A stretch of 64,000 bases of DNA from Candidatus Uhrbacteria bacterium (GCA_943354605.1 CALRCK010000002.1:135186-199185); one strand, 5' to 3'; numbered from the stretch's first letter, positions 47,840 to 57,619 are shown. Notes: generated by a model from the letters alone, not told the origin. Numbers and translations are program-made.

Positions 47840-49873
47840 TTATTTCGCTCCCTCTACACTGAGCGTTCGAGCATGAAGCTCTTCGGTGTAGGCTTCAAGA
47901 ATATCCCCGATTTCAATTTTTGTCTTGCCCACAAAACTCAATCCACAATCTTGGCCCGCAAGCACATCCTTTACCGCAGATTTTCCGCTTTGGAGCGCCT
48001 CAATCTTTCCTTCTCCCACAATCTTTCCATCGCGAAGCACGCGAACAATCGCGTTCGGAATAAGCTTCCCTTTCTTCACCTTTGCACCAACAATGTGGCC
48101 TTTGTCGGTTTTCTTAAACAGCGCGAGCACTTCGGCAACACCAACTTCCGTGTGGATCTTTTCAGACGGAATGAGCTTTTTCAAGCGCTCGACCGTGTTT
48201 TCGAAAAGCTTATAAATGACCGAGTATTCCTCCACAGCAATGTGCTTATCGCGAGCAAGTTCGTGTGCGGCTGGCGTTGGCTTCACGTTGAACGCAAGGA
48301 CGACGGCGTTTGCCGCTTCTGCACGCAATACTTCAGCATCCGTAACATTTCCAAGTCCTTTCCCGACAATGGTCAGCCCAACATATGGGTTATCGACCTT
48401 CTCGAGCATACCGATAATCGCTTCGAGCGATCCAAGCATGTCGGCCTTCACAAACACGTTGAGCACGGCCTTGCTGCCGTCTTCCTTCACCTCTTCTTCC
48501 GTTTGATTCGTCGCCTTCACCGTCATCTGGCCAACCGCACTCTTCTTTGTGGCCTGCGACTTAATGGTTTCAAGTTCTGCTGGGTTCTCTGGCACCTCCA
48601 AAATATCACCAACCGAAGGTGCCTCTTTGAATCCAAGAATCATCACTGGCGTGGACGGAGGAGCTTCCTTCATCGCTTTGCCGTCGAACGCCTTCATAGC
48701 GCGAACGCGACCGTAATTGACGCCGCGAACCGACAACGTGTCTGAAGCACGAAGCGTTCCCGCCTGAACAATAATCGTCGCAACAGGGCCCTGGCCCTTG
48801 TCCACGTGCGATTCAATGATGGTTCCGATGGCTTTGCGATTTGGGTTTGCAACAATGTGTTCCTTTTCCAAATCGGCAACAAGCAACACCATGTCGAGGA
48901 GCTGATCGATGTTTGCACCCGTTTTTGCGGACACTGGCACACAAATCGTTTTGCCACCCCAGTCTTCTGGCGTTAATCCAAGTTCGCCAAGCTGGCTCTT
49001 CACGAGCTCGATGTTTGCGCCCGGCTTATCCATCTTGTTGATAGCAACGACGAACGGAAGCTTCGCGGCCTTAATGATATCGATTGCTTCGCGAGTTTGC
49101 GGACGCATACCGTCGTCTGCAGCAATGACGAGAATCGCCACGTCGGCAACCTTTGCACCACGCGAACGCATCACGGTGAACGCTTCGTGACCAGGAGTGT
49201 CGATGAACGTGAGCATCTTTCCATTCTTTTCCACCTGATATGCACCAATATGCTGCGTGATGCCTCCAGCTTCCGTGTCGATAACACGAGTCTTACGGAT
49301 GGTGTCCAAAATAAGCGTCTTCCCATGGTCAACGTGTCCCATGACAACGATAACCGGCGGACGAGCAACCTGGTCTTCCGCGTGCTGCGATTCCTGTTCC
49401 TTCACTTCGGCCATGCGGTCAGCCGCGTGAGCATCTACAGATTCGTCGGCCGATTCCATCGGCTCGGTGATGAATCCAAGATCCTCCGACACGATCGACG
49501 CCGTCTCGTAATCGATGCGCTCGTTCAAGCTAGCCAAAATACCCGCCTTCATCAGCTCCTGCATGACTTTCGCCACCGGCATGTTGAGCGCAACCGCAAA
49601 TTCGCGCACGGAAAGCGTTGGGGGAATTTTCACCTTTGGCGCGTCGCCAGACTTCACTTTCTCCTTGAGAAGCATCTGCGCCTTTTGGTTCTCCATCTTT
49701 TGCTGGAGGTATTGGCGTTTCTTGTATTCCTGCCACGCGTTCATGATGCGGCCAGCGTCGCGATCGGGAATTTTGATAGCCTTACCACCAATATCAAAAC
49801 CAAGCTCCGGCAGCTTGGAACGTAATTCCTCAGTAGAAACCCGCAACCGGCGGGCAAGTTCAGAGATGTTCAT
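47840..49873 (-). CDS. infB: translation initiation factor IF-2
   Basis: G-domain ([17 protein letters not shown]) and C-terminal beta-barrels. Start trimmed to MNISELARRL. No nusA or rbfA adjacent. Confidence 0.95.
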   Translation of the reverse strand: MNISELARRLRVSTEELRSKLPELGFDIGGKAIKIPDRDAGRIMNAWQEYKKRQYLQQKMENQKAQMLLKEKVKSGDAPKVKIPPTLSVREFAVALNMPVAKVMQELMKAGILASLNERIDYETASIVSEDLGFITEPMESADESVDAHAADRMAEVKEQESQHAEDQVARPPVIVVMGHVDHGKTLILDTIRKTRVIDTEAGGITQHIGAYQVEKNGKMLTFIDTPGHEAFTVMRSRGAKVADVAILVIAADDGMRPQTREAIDIIKAAKLPFVVAINKMDKPGANIELVKSQLGELGLTPEDWGGKTICVPVSAKTGANIDQLLDMVLLVADLEKEHIVANPNRKAIGTIIESHVDKGQGPVATIIVQAGTLRASDTLSVRGVNYGRVRAMKAFDGKAMKEAPPSTPVMILGFKEAPSVGDILEVPENPAELETIKSQATKKSAVGQMTVKATNQTEEEVKEDGSKAVLNVFVKADMLGSLEAIIGMLEKVDNPYVGLTIVGKGLGNVTDAEVLRAEAANAVVLAFNVKPTPAAHELARDKHIAVEEYSVIYKLFENTVERLKKLIPSEKIHTEVGVAEVLALFKKTDKGHIVGAKVKKGKLIPNAIVRVLRDGKIVGEGKIEALQSGKSAVKDVLAGQDCGLSFVGKTKIEIGDILEAYTEELHARTLSVEGAK

Positions 49874-49952
49874 GGCCAAGAGTGTACTGTACGAACGGCT
49901 TTGGAGCAAGAAATGGCTGAGGATTGCAAGAAAGTGTATTTGCATCTACCGC

Positions 49953-50216
49953 ATGAACACACATGGTGACGGCATGCCTCACGACTGTACCTGCACTCAC
50001 GGCGCCTCTGATCGCTACTGTTCTCTCCACGGCGAAGACCCGCACACCGATCGTCTCAACCGCGAGCGGCGCCTTCTCGACACTCTCGGTCCGGAGCAGC
50101 GAGCGGAGGCGATCGAGGCCCTCTACGGCAAACGGCCGCAGGAGCCTGCTCGAGCGCCGGACTGCCCGAACTGCCGTCCTGGCAATCCGTGCGAGGCACA
50201 CGCTGGGTCCTTCTGA
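49953..50216 (+). CDS. small Cys/His-rich hypothetical protein
   Basis: 87 aa, GC-rich. Contains DCTCTH...YCSLH...CPNCRPGNPCEAH. Confidence 0.3.
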   Translation: MNTHGDGMPHDCTCTHGASDRYCSLHGEDPHTDRLNRERRLLDTLGPEQRAEAIEALYGKRPQEPARAPDCPNCRPGNPCEAHAGSF

Positions 50217-50283
50217 CCCCTGAACCAGGCGTTGTCATCGCCCACGCGCCGCGATCCTACGCCAAGGGTCGCGGTCGTTCGTT

Positions 50284-50478
50284 TTATCCAGTAAAACTCT
50301 CGACCGACAATCCACTCTGTTTAATGATGTGGTGCAGGGTCCCAATTCGGAAATCCTTCGTATGATACGGAACAACGAGGACAATCGATTCCCGAACGTA
50401 CTTTCGATGGCTGCCTTTTTGAGAAATCAAACGGAATCCTGCTTTTTCTAAAATACGGATCACGTCTTTTGGCTTCAT
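50284..50478 (-). CDS. hicA: HicA-family mRNA interferase toxin
   Basis: Reads MKPKDVIRILEKAGFRLISQKGSHRKY...VPYH..KDFRIGTLHHIIKQSGL. Track ORF extends upstream; trimmed. Confidence 0.65.
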   Translation of the reverse strand: MKPKDVIRILEKAGFRLISQKGSHRKYVRESIVLVVPYHTKDFRIGTLHHIIKQSGLSVESFTG

Positions 50479-50500
50479 CGGGAGAAGATGAACCATACAC

Positions 50501-50743
50501 TTATGCAACAACACTGACACCAGCAAGAATGACACGCGGTGAAATTTTCTTCTGCAACCGTTTTGGCGCGCCTTCAAGATAGAGTCCCGCGGCTTCCTGA
50601 ATATTCTCAAGCGCCTCCTCGAAGGAGTCGCCCTCTGAAACACAGCCTGGCAATTCAGGAATGGTGACTGTATATCCGCCAACGTTCCCGTCCTCCTCGA
50701 AAACCGCGGTAAATTGACGAACGGCTTGGATACGTTTCTTCAT
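50501..50743 (-). CDS. hicB: HicB-family antitoxin (UPF0150)
   Basis: Contains YTVTIPELPGCVSEGDSFEEALENIQEA. Directly upstream of hicA. Confidence 0.6.
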   Translation of the reverse strand: MKKRIQAVRQFTAVFEEDGNVGGYTVTIPELPGCVSEGDSFEEALENIQEAAGLYLEGAPKRLQKKISPRVILAGVSVVA

Positions 50744-50787
50744 ACGCTCCTAACAATATCAGGAATCGATTTGAGCGAAAAGTAGGG

Positions 50788-51372
50788 CTATTTCGTAAAC
50801 CGATTCTGCATGTGCATCGAGGCGTGCATGAAATCGATAATATCTTTCGTGATGTCGATCGGTACGCGGTTCGTCCAAATTTCTTTGTACCACACCGACG
50901 AATCGTTCTTCCAAAATTCGCACACGGGTGTTTCCGACTCGTGATACAGTTTTAATCGCGCATCAACAACGTGAGCTTGGTCGTCGTGCCTGCCACGAAC
51001 TTTCAAACGGTCGCGAACGTCGTCGTCGGAAAGCATCAAGTGCACAACGTGAGTTGGATGATCGAACGAAAGATAGGTCTCGAGCTTGTCGAGTGATCGC
51101 GTATATCCGTTCAGGATGTAGCCATTCTTGCAGCTCTCGTCTGCCAAGCGTTCCTTCACCAACCGCGTCACAATCTCCTCCGGAACCATTTCGCCCCGCG
51201 ACATGTAGCCAGCCGCGGTAATACCGTCTGGCGTCTGTTTCACAATTTCTGATCGGAGCAACCCACCCATCGAGATCGATGGAATGCCGAACGTTGCCGA
51301 AAGCACTGCGGCGTGGGTATCCTTGCCTGATCCTGGTGGGCCACACAACACAATTTTGACGGGAGAATTCAT
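50788..51372 (-). CDS. adenylate kinase-like nucleoside monophosphate kinase (divergent second paralogue)
   Basis: P-loop VLCGPPGSGKDTHA and an Adk-like core. The NMP-binding motif is altered (GYILNGYTRS in place of G(F/Y)xLDGFPRT). Short LID of the RGRHDD type. Confidence 0.65.
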   Translation of the reverse strand: MNSPVKIVLCGPPGSGKDTHAAVLSATFGIPSISMGGLLRSEIVKQTPDGITAAGYMSRGEMVPEEIVTRLVKERLADESCKNGYILNGYTRSLDKLETYLSFDHPTHVVHLMLSDDDVRDRLKVRGRHDDQAHVVDARLKLYHESETPVCEFWKNDSSVWYKEIWTNRVPIDITKDIIDFMHASMHMQNRFTK

Positions 51373-51386
51373 ACGCCACGTATTCT

Positions 51387-51830
51387 ATGCCAGAACCGCA
51401 ATCTGAAAAAGCAATGGTCGTTGTTGGCGTCATCGTCAAAGACCGCAACGTCCTTCTTGTCCAACGACAAACCATCGAATCTGGTGAAAATCATGCCTTG
51501 CTCCATTGGGTGTTTCCTGGCGGAACGATCGAAGCTGGAGAAACCGAAGAAGACGCGCTCTGGCGAGAAGTTCTGGAGGAAACCGGATGCGTCGTGGAAA
51601 CCGCAACACACATCGACACGCGTCGGCATCCAGAATTTCCTGTTGTTATCAGTTACTTTCTGTGTGCAGCAAAAAACGATGAGCACTACACATTCAAGAC
51701 GGACGAAATTCGAGAACTCCGCTGGGTGCCCATCGACGACATCAAAGAATACTTCACCAGTAGCCTCAATCCCGCGGTTGAGTCGGTACTTCAAACCCTC
51801 AAAGAACATGCCCTTCCTCCTCATCGATAA
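51387..51830 (+). CDS. NUDIX hydrolase
   Basis: Nudix box GGTIEAGETEEDALWREVLEETGC. Confidence 0.75.
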   Translation: MPEPQSEKAMVVVGVIVKDRNVLLVQRQTIESGENHALLHWVFPGGTIEAGETEEDALWREVLEETGCVVETATHIDTRRHPEFPVVISYFLCAAKNDEHYTFKTDEIRELRWVPIDDIKEYFTSSLNPAVESVLQTLKEHALPPHR

Positions 51831-52515
51831 ACCCGCAAGCATCACCAGCCACGATGTTGTAGACCGCGTCCGCAACATTACCGGCGAGCGCACCGTTGGC
51901 CACGCCGGCACCTTGGATCCGTTTGCAACGGGGATGTTGATTCTTGGCGTTGGGCGAGACTCGACGAAGCACTTGAATACATTTCTTGGCATGGGAAAGA
52001 CGTATGAGGCGATTATTCGACTTGGCGAAAGCTCGACAACGCTCGACCCCGAAGGGGAGATCACGATGGTCGGCGGCACAGATCTGACCCCGGCCGCGAT
52101 CGAAGAGGCGATGAAAAATCTTACGGGCGACATCCTTCAAATCCCGCCGATGCATTCCGCAATCAAAATCGGTGGCCAAAAACTCTACGATCTCGCGCGA
52201 AAAGGAATCGAGATCGATCGCCCACCACGGCCGGTGACGATTTCGCGGTTCGAGGTAATGGGATCGGCGAATTCAAAGACGGCCCAGCGGGCCGTCTCTA
52301 CGGTACCGTTCGACCTCCACGTCGTCATCGACTGCTCCTCGGGAACCTATATTCGCGCCATCGCTCGAGATCTTGGGGAGAAGCTCGGCACCGCCGGGTA
52401 CCTTACCCAGCTCCGCCGAACCGCAATCGGACCGTATGGAATCGATGCCGCAACCCCACTCAACGAGATTACCCCTGAAAACTGGGGATCGTTGGCGAAA
52501 AAGCTGGTGCCGTGA
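51808..52515 (+). CDS. truB: tRNA pseudouridine(55) synthase
   Basis: Contains LLIDKPASITSHDVV and GHAGTLDP, with the catalytic Asp. Start trimmed to MPFLLIDKP; overlaps the NUDIX gene by 23 nt. Confidence 0.85.
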   Translation: MPFLLIDKPASITSHDVVDRVRNITGERTVGHAGTLDPFATGMLILGVGRDSTKHLNTFLGMGKTYEAIIRLGESSTTLDPEGEITMVGGTDLTPAAIEEAMKNLTGDILQIPPMHSAIKIGGQKLYDLARKGIEIDRPPRPVTISRFEVMGSANSKTAQRAVSTVPFDLHVVIDCSSGTYIRAIARDLGEKLGTAGYLTQLRRTAIGPYGIDAATPLNEITPENWGSLAKKLVP

Positions 52516-52665
52516 TACGCTCAAAACGTAAATCTTGATGACCTTGTCCGATTCCAACCGCACACGAACTCTGGGTATGATCTCGACGTTGCTGAATACA
52601 TCCTTGAACCATCGCACAAGCAAAGGCTAGGGCCTTTGTTTTGGAATTCGGCTGGGTGACTCCGT

Positions 52666-54222
52666 ATGCCTATCGTTCTTACCGCTATCCTCGCGATTGT
52701 CGCAGGAGGCGCCATTGGATACTTCGTTCGTGACGTTCGTGGAAAACAGATTGCTGGGAGCGCAGAAGCCCGTGCGGAAGAAATCTTGAAGAAGGCTCGC
52801 GCCGAAGAGGATCGCATCGCGCAAGAAGCAAAAAATCGTGAGCAGCAACTACTGCTTGATGCGAAGGAACGCGCGATGAAGATCATTGAGGACGGCAAGC
52901 GCGAGCTCGCCTTCCATGAAACCGGGCTCAAGGAAGCACAGAGTCGAATCGCCGACCGCGAACGTCGTTTTGATGAAACATTGCTCGACTTTGAAAACAA
53001 GAAGACAAAACTCGAGGAAGACAAGGAGAACCTCGCACTCGCAAAAACTGATGTCGCAAAGCTCCACGACGAGGCGTTCGCAAAACTCCAATCGGTTGCC
53101 GAAATGACGAAAGAGGCTGCAGCAGAAGTCCTCTTCAAGCGCATTGAGGAAACCGAAACTGACGCGATGCTTTCACGGATCCGCAAAATGGATCAGATCA
53201 GTGAAGACGCGGTGGAAGCAAAGGCGCGCAACGTGCTTTCCTTGGCCATCAGCAAGTTTGCGAGCAGCCAGGTGGTTGATGCCACCACAACATTCGTGGA
53301 TCTTCCGAGCGACGACATGAAGGGCCGCATCATTGGAAAAGAAGGCCGCAACATCAAGACCCTCGAGCACCTTACGGGCTGCGAACTCATCATCGACGAC
53401 ACGCCAAACTCCATCACGATCAGCGGATTTTCCCCTGTACGGAGACAGGTTGCGAAGCGTGCACTGGAAGCATTGTTGAAGGACGGCCGCATTCAGCCTG
53501 CAAAGATCGAAGAAGCGATCAACGCCGCAAAACAGGAACTCGCGAAGGACATGCGCAAGGCCGGTGAAGACGCGTTGTACGAACTTGGCATTCCCGTCCC
53601 AAGCATCGATCCAAAACTCGTCGCGATTCTCGGTCGTTTGAAGTTCCGCACAAGCTACGGACAAAACGTTCTCCAGCACTCCATTGAAGTCGCCCGCCTC
53701 TCCGGCATGATGGCGGAAGAGCTTGGTGCGGATGTGTTCATCTGTAAAAAAGGTGGACTCTTCCACGATATTGGAAAGGCCGTGGATCATGACATGCAGG
53801 GTGCACACCCACAGATTGGCTACAACATCATGAAAAAGTTCGGGTTCGCAGAGGAGCTGTGCTATCAATCGATCGCTCACCACGAGGACAAGCCGCGAAC
53901 TCTGGAAGGCGTCATCGTGAAAGCGGCCGATGCGATCAGCGGCGCTCGCCCTGGCGCACGTCGCAACAGCCTTGAGGAATACCTCCAGCGCTTGCAAGAC
54001 CTTGAAATGACGGCATCCGGGTTCCCTGGCGTGGAAAAGGTATACGCCATTCAGGCTGGCCGCGAAGTTCGCGTGTTTGTGCAGCCAGGAGTCGTTGACG
54101 ACCTCGCGGCACACAATCTTGCCCGCGATATTGCCAAGAAGATTGAGGCAGACCTTACCTACCCTGGCGAAGTTCGCGTGACGATTATCCGCGAAACCCG
54201 AGTCACCGAATACGCCCGATAA
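52666..54222 (+). CDS. rny: ribonuclease Y
   Basis: N-terminal transmembrane segment, coiled coil, KH domain (GRIIGKEGRNIK) and HD domain (HxxxD...H). Confidence 0.9.
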   Translation: MPIVLTAILAIVAGGAIGYFVRDVRGKQIAGSAEARAEEILKKARAEEDRIAQEAKNREQQLLLDAKERAMKIIEDGKRELAFHETGLKEAQSRIADRERRFDETLLDFENKKTKLEEDKENLALAKTDVAKLHDEAFAKLQSVAEMTKEAAAEVLFKRIEETETDAMLSRIRKMDQISEDAVEAKARNVLSLAISKFASSQVVDATTTFVDLPSDDMKGRIIGKEGRNIKTLEHLTGCELIIDDTPNSITISGFSPVRRQVAKRALEALLKDGRIQPAKIEEAINAAKQELAKDMRKAGEDALYELGIPVPSIDPKLVAILGRLKFRTSYGQNVLQHSIEVARLSGMMAEELGADVFICKKGGLFHDIGKAVDHDMQGAHPQIGYNIMKKFGFAEELCYQSIAHHEDKPRTLEGVIVKAADAISGARPGARRNSLEEYLQRLQDLEMTASGFPGVEKVYAIQAGREVRVFVQPGVVDDLAAHNLARDIAKKIEADLTYPGEVRVTIIRETRVTEYAR

Positions 54223-54289
54223 ATGAAATGCTTGACGCTCCTCAGAAATTCCGCTAAGATAAGCGCATTCATTTGACCTTACGTTTTCT

Positions 54290-54580
54290 ATGAATAAGGC
54301 AGAACTCGCGCTTCGTCTTTCAGAAAAGCTTGGGGTGCCAAAGAAATCCGCTGAGGATATTGTGGAAGCCTTCGAGGCCATTGTGACGGCGGCCCTCTTG
54401 AATGGCGACGAAGTCACCATCGCAGGGTTTGGCACATTCTCGGCCCGAACACGCTCGGCTCGCATGGGAGTGAATCCACGAAACCCAAGCGAAAAGATCC
54501 AAGTTCCTGCGGTTCGCGTGCCAAAGTTCAAGGCCGGAAAGGCCCTGAAGGACGCGCTCAAGGGCAAATTGGTGAGCTAA
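54290..54580 (+). CDS. hup: DNA-binding protein HU
   Basis: HU/IHF fold, including GFGTF...R..R.G.NP. Confidence 0.9.
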   Translation: MNKAELALRLSEKLGVPKKSAEDIVEAFEAIVTAALLNGDEVTIAGFGTFSARTRSARMGVNPRNPSEKIQVPAVRVPKFKAGKALKDALKGKLVS

Positions 54581-54651
54581 TCCCGAAAATACAATGCCGA
54601 TCGTCCATAATCTGGACGATCGGCATTGTATTTAACCCTCCTGCACTCGGG

Positions 54652-55755
54652 CTAGAGCCCTGGAAAAACATCCATATACTTGGGAAGATCAATTATTCGG
54701 AGACCGGATGGTGGAATATTCTTCTGAATTTGCAAATCTGGATACCGCGAGCTGAGAAGCATGGAAACACACTCTCCAAGCGTCCCCTCCTTTTTCCAAG
54801 AGGCTTCACGAAAATCTGTATAAGATTGAATTCCAGTCTTCTCCTGATGTACCAAAATCCTTGGAATTAATACCATCTTTGGATCACTTTCCTTTCCTCC
54901 AAACTTCATCCAATACTTTTCAAAAAAGCTCAAAATTTCAGTACATTCCTCGTCCGTAAGATTCCGATACGACTTGTGTTCCGCAATGAAAGATTCATCT
55001 TTGGTTCTATTCTTCTGAATCCAGGCTTCAAGATTTCTCCGAGCTGAAATGTGGTCACGTTTATGAAATGCTTTTTTATCGTATGGCGGAGTAAGTCCGA
55101 TATGCCAACCTTCACAAACAAACTGAGCAAACCACTCCGGCGATACAACGCCGTAACGATATATGGAATCTACGTTATCGCCGATCGATGTTTTTCCTTC
55201 GCTATTAATATCTCCCCACCCTAAGAGCATCGGTGTACCAACGGCTCGGCCGATATCCATGATCCGTCGTAATTCACCCCAATCCCATGCCCTGGTCTGT
55301 GGATCAAGCCCGTGCTCACGAATAGATTCGGTAAAAAAACCGTTGAACGAATGAAATACGAAGCCGTTCCTAAAAAATCTCTCATGAATATATGAGACGA
55401 TCGCATTCGACGAATCATCATCTCGAACTCCCTGAATGCCGATCTCTTGGGCTATCAGCTGAACAAGTAAGGGGCTCGTCTGTTTTCGTCGTTCGTAGTC
55501 ATTTTGAAGAGACGACTCAGCCTTCTTCAATTCCTGGAGATATGAGGAAACGCTGGTTGCATTTGGAAAAAGAATCCAAAATTCAACAATCAATCCAATC
55601 AAAAGCTCGCGAAACTTTTCGGGAAATTCACGAATAATCTCAAGTGTTTCGGGCGAGTTGAGGAGCGCGGTGAGTTGGCGCTCCTGAACTTCCCTTTCTG
55701 AAACGGTTTCTTCGCGAAGATCTCCAGCAGCTTCAAAAGTCATAGAACTGATCAT
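54652..55755 (-). CDS. hypothetical protein (AT-rich islet next to tRNA-Lys)
   Basis: 367 aa coherent ORF with GC near 42 percent. No recognisable motifs. Confidence 0.5.
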   Translation of the reverse strand: MISSMTFEAAGDLREETVSEREVQERQLTALLNSPETLEIIREFPEKFRELLIGLIVEFWILFPNATSVSSYLQELKKAESSLQNDYERRKQTSPLLVQLIAQEIGIQGVRDDDSSNAIVSYIHERFFRNGFVFHSFNGFFTESIREHGLDPQTRAWDWGELRRIMDIGRAVGTPMLLGWGDINSEGKTSIGDNVDSIYRYGVVSPEWFAQFVCEGWHIGLTPPYDKKAFHKRDHISARRNLEAWIQKNRTKDESFIAEHKSYRNLTDEECTEILSFFEKYWMKFGGKESDPKMVLIPRILVHQEKTGIQSYTDFREASWKKEGTLGECVSMLLSSRYPDLQIQKNIPPSGLRIIDLPKYMDVFPGL

Positions 55756-55764
55756 CAGGAAATT

Positions 55765-55971
55765 CTACGGCGTGAGAACGAAAATCTTTGTGGCAAAGTA
55801 GGTGATAATAAGCGCAATACCAATACCCATCACTGCAAGAACCACATTCAAAACAGCTCGCGCATCTTTGTCGTCGTTAATGAAGCCGAAGAAGATATAC
55901 GCCGCGAAGCCGATGATCAAGAGAAGTGGAAAGCCGGTCAACACAATGCCGGCAAGAAGAAGCATGGACAT
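55765..55971 (-). CDS. small two-transmembrane hypothetical protein
   Basis: 68 aa from the ATG at 55969-55971. The track ORF runs into the tRNA and was trimmed. Confidence 0.35.
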   Translation of the reverse strand: MSMLLLAGIVLTGFPLLLIIGFAAYIFFGFINDDKDARAVLNVVLAVMGIGIALIITYFATKIFVLTP

Positions 55972-56027
55972 ATTGCGTATAGTATAGCAAAAAAGAAAAC
56001 GACCTCCAAAAAGAGAGATCGTGTTCT

Positions 56028-56102
56028 GGTGCACCGGGCGGGATTCGAACCCACGACCAAGTGATTAAGAGTCACCTGCTCTACCGCTGAGCTACCGATG
56101 CA
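56028..56102 (-). tRNA. tRNA-Lys (anticodon CTT)
   Basis: Manual fold of GCATCGG acceptor, GCTC/GAGC D-stem, GGTGA-CTCTTAA-TCACT anticodon arm, TTCGAAT T-loop and encoded CCA. Confidence 0.8.
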
Positions 56103-56109
56103 TGGTTGA

Positions 56110-56215
56110 ACTTCCTCATTTCGCCCATTTTCGACTTGCTCCTCGACGATATCGACGACGTACCGAGAAGTACGTCTTGACGATCCCGTCTTCGTCGCGC
56201 ACCGAAACTGGTCTG
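56110..56215. repeat. structured about 110-nt dispersed repeat, copy D (opposite orientation, between the two tRNAs)
   Basis: Reverse complement matches the family (ttcgcccattttcgacttgc...cgtaccgagaagtacgtct...gcgcaccgaaactgg). Confidence 0.7.
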
Positions 56216-56302
56216 AAATGAGAGCGTTCAACGCCAGCAATGATGCACAATTTTTTGACCCGGGTCAAGAAAACGAGTACTATTGCGTCGTTCAGTGGAT
56301 AT

Positions 56303-56379
56303 GCGGGCATAGCTCAGTTGGATAGAGCATTTGGCTTCGAACCAAAGGGTCGGGGGTTCGAGTCCCTCTGCTCGCACCA
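56303..56379 (+). tRNA. tRNA-Arg (anticodon TCG)
   Basis: Manual fold of GCGGGCA acceptor, D-arm GCTCAGTTGGATAGAGC, anticodon loop CTTCGAA, T-loop GGTTCGAGTCC and encoded CCA. Followed by a terminator hairpin. Confidence 0.8.
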
Positions 56380-56380
56380 T

Positions 56381-56415
56381 AAAACGAGGAACCACATCGG
56401 TTCCTCGTTTTATTT
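56381..56415 (+). terminator. rho-independent terminator after tRNA-Arg
   Basis: aaaacgaggaacc-acatc-ggttcctcgtttta-ttt. Confidence 0.7.
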
Positions 56416-56426
56416 GAATCCTTCGC

Positions 56427-57119
56427 CTACCACCCCTTCTCCTTCAGTGCATTCGCGGCGGCGGAAATTTGGGCTTCTTGTTTGCTGGTTCCTTCGCCCT
56501 TTGCAACAAGATCTTTGCCAAGGTACGCGCCCATAATGAACGTCTTTTGATGATCTGGTCCGGACTCCTCGAGAACCTTGTAACTTGGCGTGATCGACAA
56601 TCGGGACTGCGCCGCTTCTTGGAACTTACTCTTTGGATCGATATACGAACGCTCCGCAATGATGTCGCCGAGCTTAGAGACAACGTGTTTCAAGATGAAT
56701 TCTTTCGACAAGTCCCAACCAAAGTCTAAGTAGATCGCACCGATAATCGCCTCCATCGCGTTCGCAAGAATGTATCGGCGCGCCTTGCTGTTGGAATCCT
56801 TCTCCTCGCCGCGCGACAGATACAAATACGGCTCGATGCCGATGTTCTGACCAATCACCGCAAGGCTGTCGCCATTCACGATGGACGACCGCCATGTTGT
56901 CAGCTCGCCTTCTGGATTCTCGTACGTGGTGTACAAATATTCTGTCACGACAAGCTCGAGAACAGCATCGCCAAGGAACTCCAAGCGTTCGTTATGCGCC
57001 AATGGAAAGTCGGGATGCTCGTTCAAATACGAACGATGCACCACGGCCTGTTCAAGATGCCCGCCGGGTTTCAAAGGAATGTTCAAAATTTTTGCGAGTG
57101 CGGCAATGTCTTTCTGCAT
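56427..57119 (-). CDS. rnc: ribonuclease III
   Basis: RNase III signature ERLEFLGDAVLELVVTEYLY plus a C-terminal dsRBD. Confidence 0.9.
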   Translation of the reverse strand: MQKDIAALAKILNIPLKPGGHLEQAVVHRSYLNEHPDFPLAHNERLEFLGDAVLELVVTEYLYTTYENPEGELTTWRSSIVNGDSLAVIGQNIGIEPYLYLSRGEEKDSNSKARRYILANAMEAIIGAIYLDFGWDLSKEFILKHVVSKLGDIIAERSYIDPKSKFQEAAQSRLSITPSYKVLEESGPDHQKTFIMGAYLGKDLVAKGEGTSKQEAQISAAANALKEKGW

Positions 57120-57121
57120 AC

Positions 57122-57619
57122 TTATTCAACATCAGTCTGAGACGCGGCAGCGCCGGCGTCTCTACGAGTTTCTCGTTCCACGTCGGCCTGTTTCTTTTCC
57201 CCCTTTGCAGCCATGTCCTTCAAAATTGCTCCAAGCACGCCGTTCACAAACTTTCCGGACGCCTCTCCGCCAAACTTCTTCCCCAGCTCAATCGCTTCAT
57301 TAATCGCCACCTTCGACGGGATGGATTGATCGAAGCGCAGCTCATACACACCAAGTCGGAGAATGTTTCGATCGATGATGGTGATCGAATCCACGGTCCA
57401 GTTCGGCATGAAGGTATTGATCGTGGTGTCAATCTCGGGCAGACGGTTGATAATCTCGCCAACCTGTTGCTCAACGTATCCCCCGTCGTCGAACTTGGGT
57501 GCGAATTCTTCGCGAACCAACGCAACAACTTCCGGAAGCCGTATCGCCTCCTTTCCGCGAAAATCCCATTCGTAAAGAACTTGCATGGCCATTGTACGAG
57601 CCAGGTGGCGATTCGACAT
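57122..57619 (-). CDS. nusB: transcription antitermination factor NusB
   Basis: Contains RHLARTMAMQVLYEWDF. Start trimmed to MSNRHLAR. Confidence 0.8.
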   Translation of the reverse strand: MSNRHLARTMAMQVLYEWDFRGKEAIRLPEVVALVREEFAPKFDDGGYVEQQVGEIINRLPEIDTTINTFMPNWTVDSITIIDRNILRLGVYELRFDQSIPSKVAINEAIELGKKFGGEASGKFVNGVLGAILKDMAAKGEKKQADVERETRRDAGAAASQTDVE

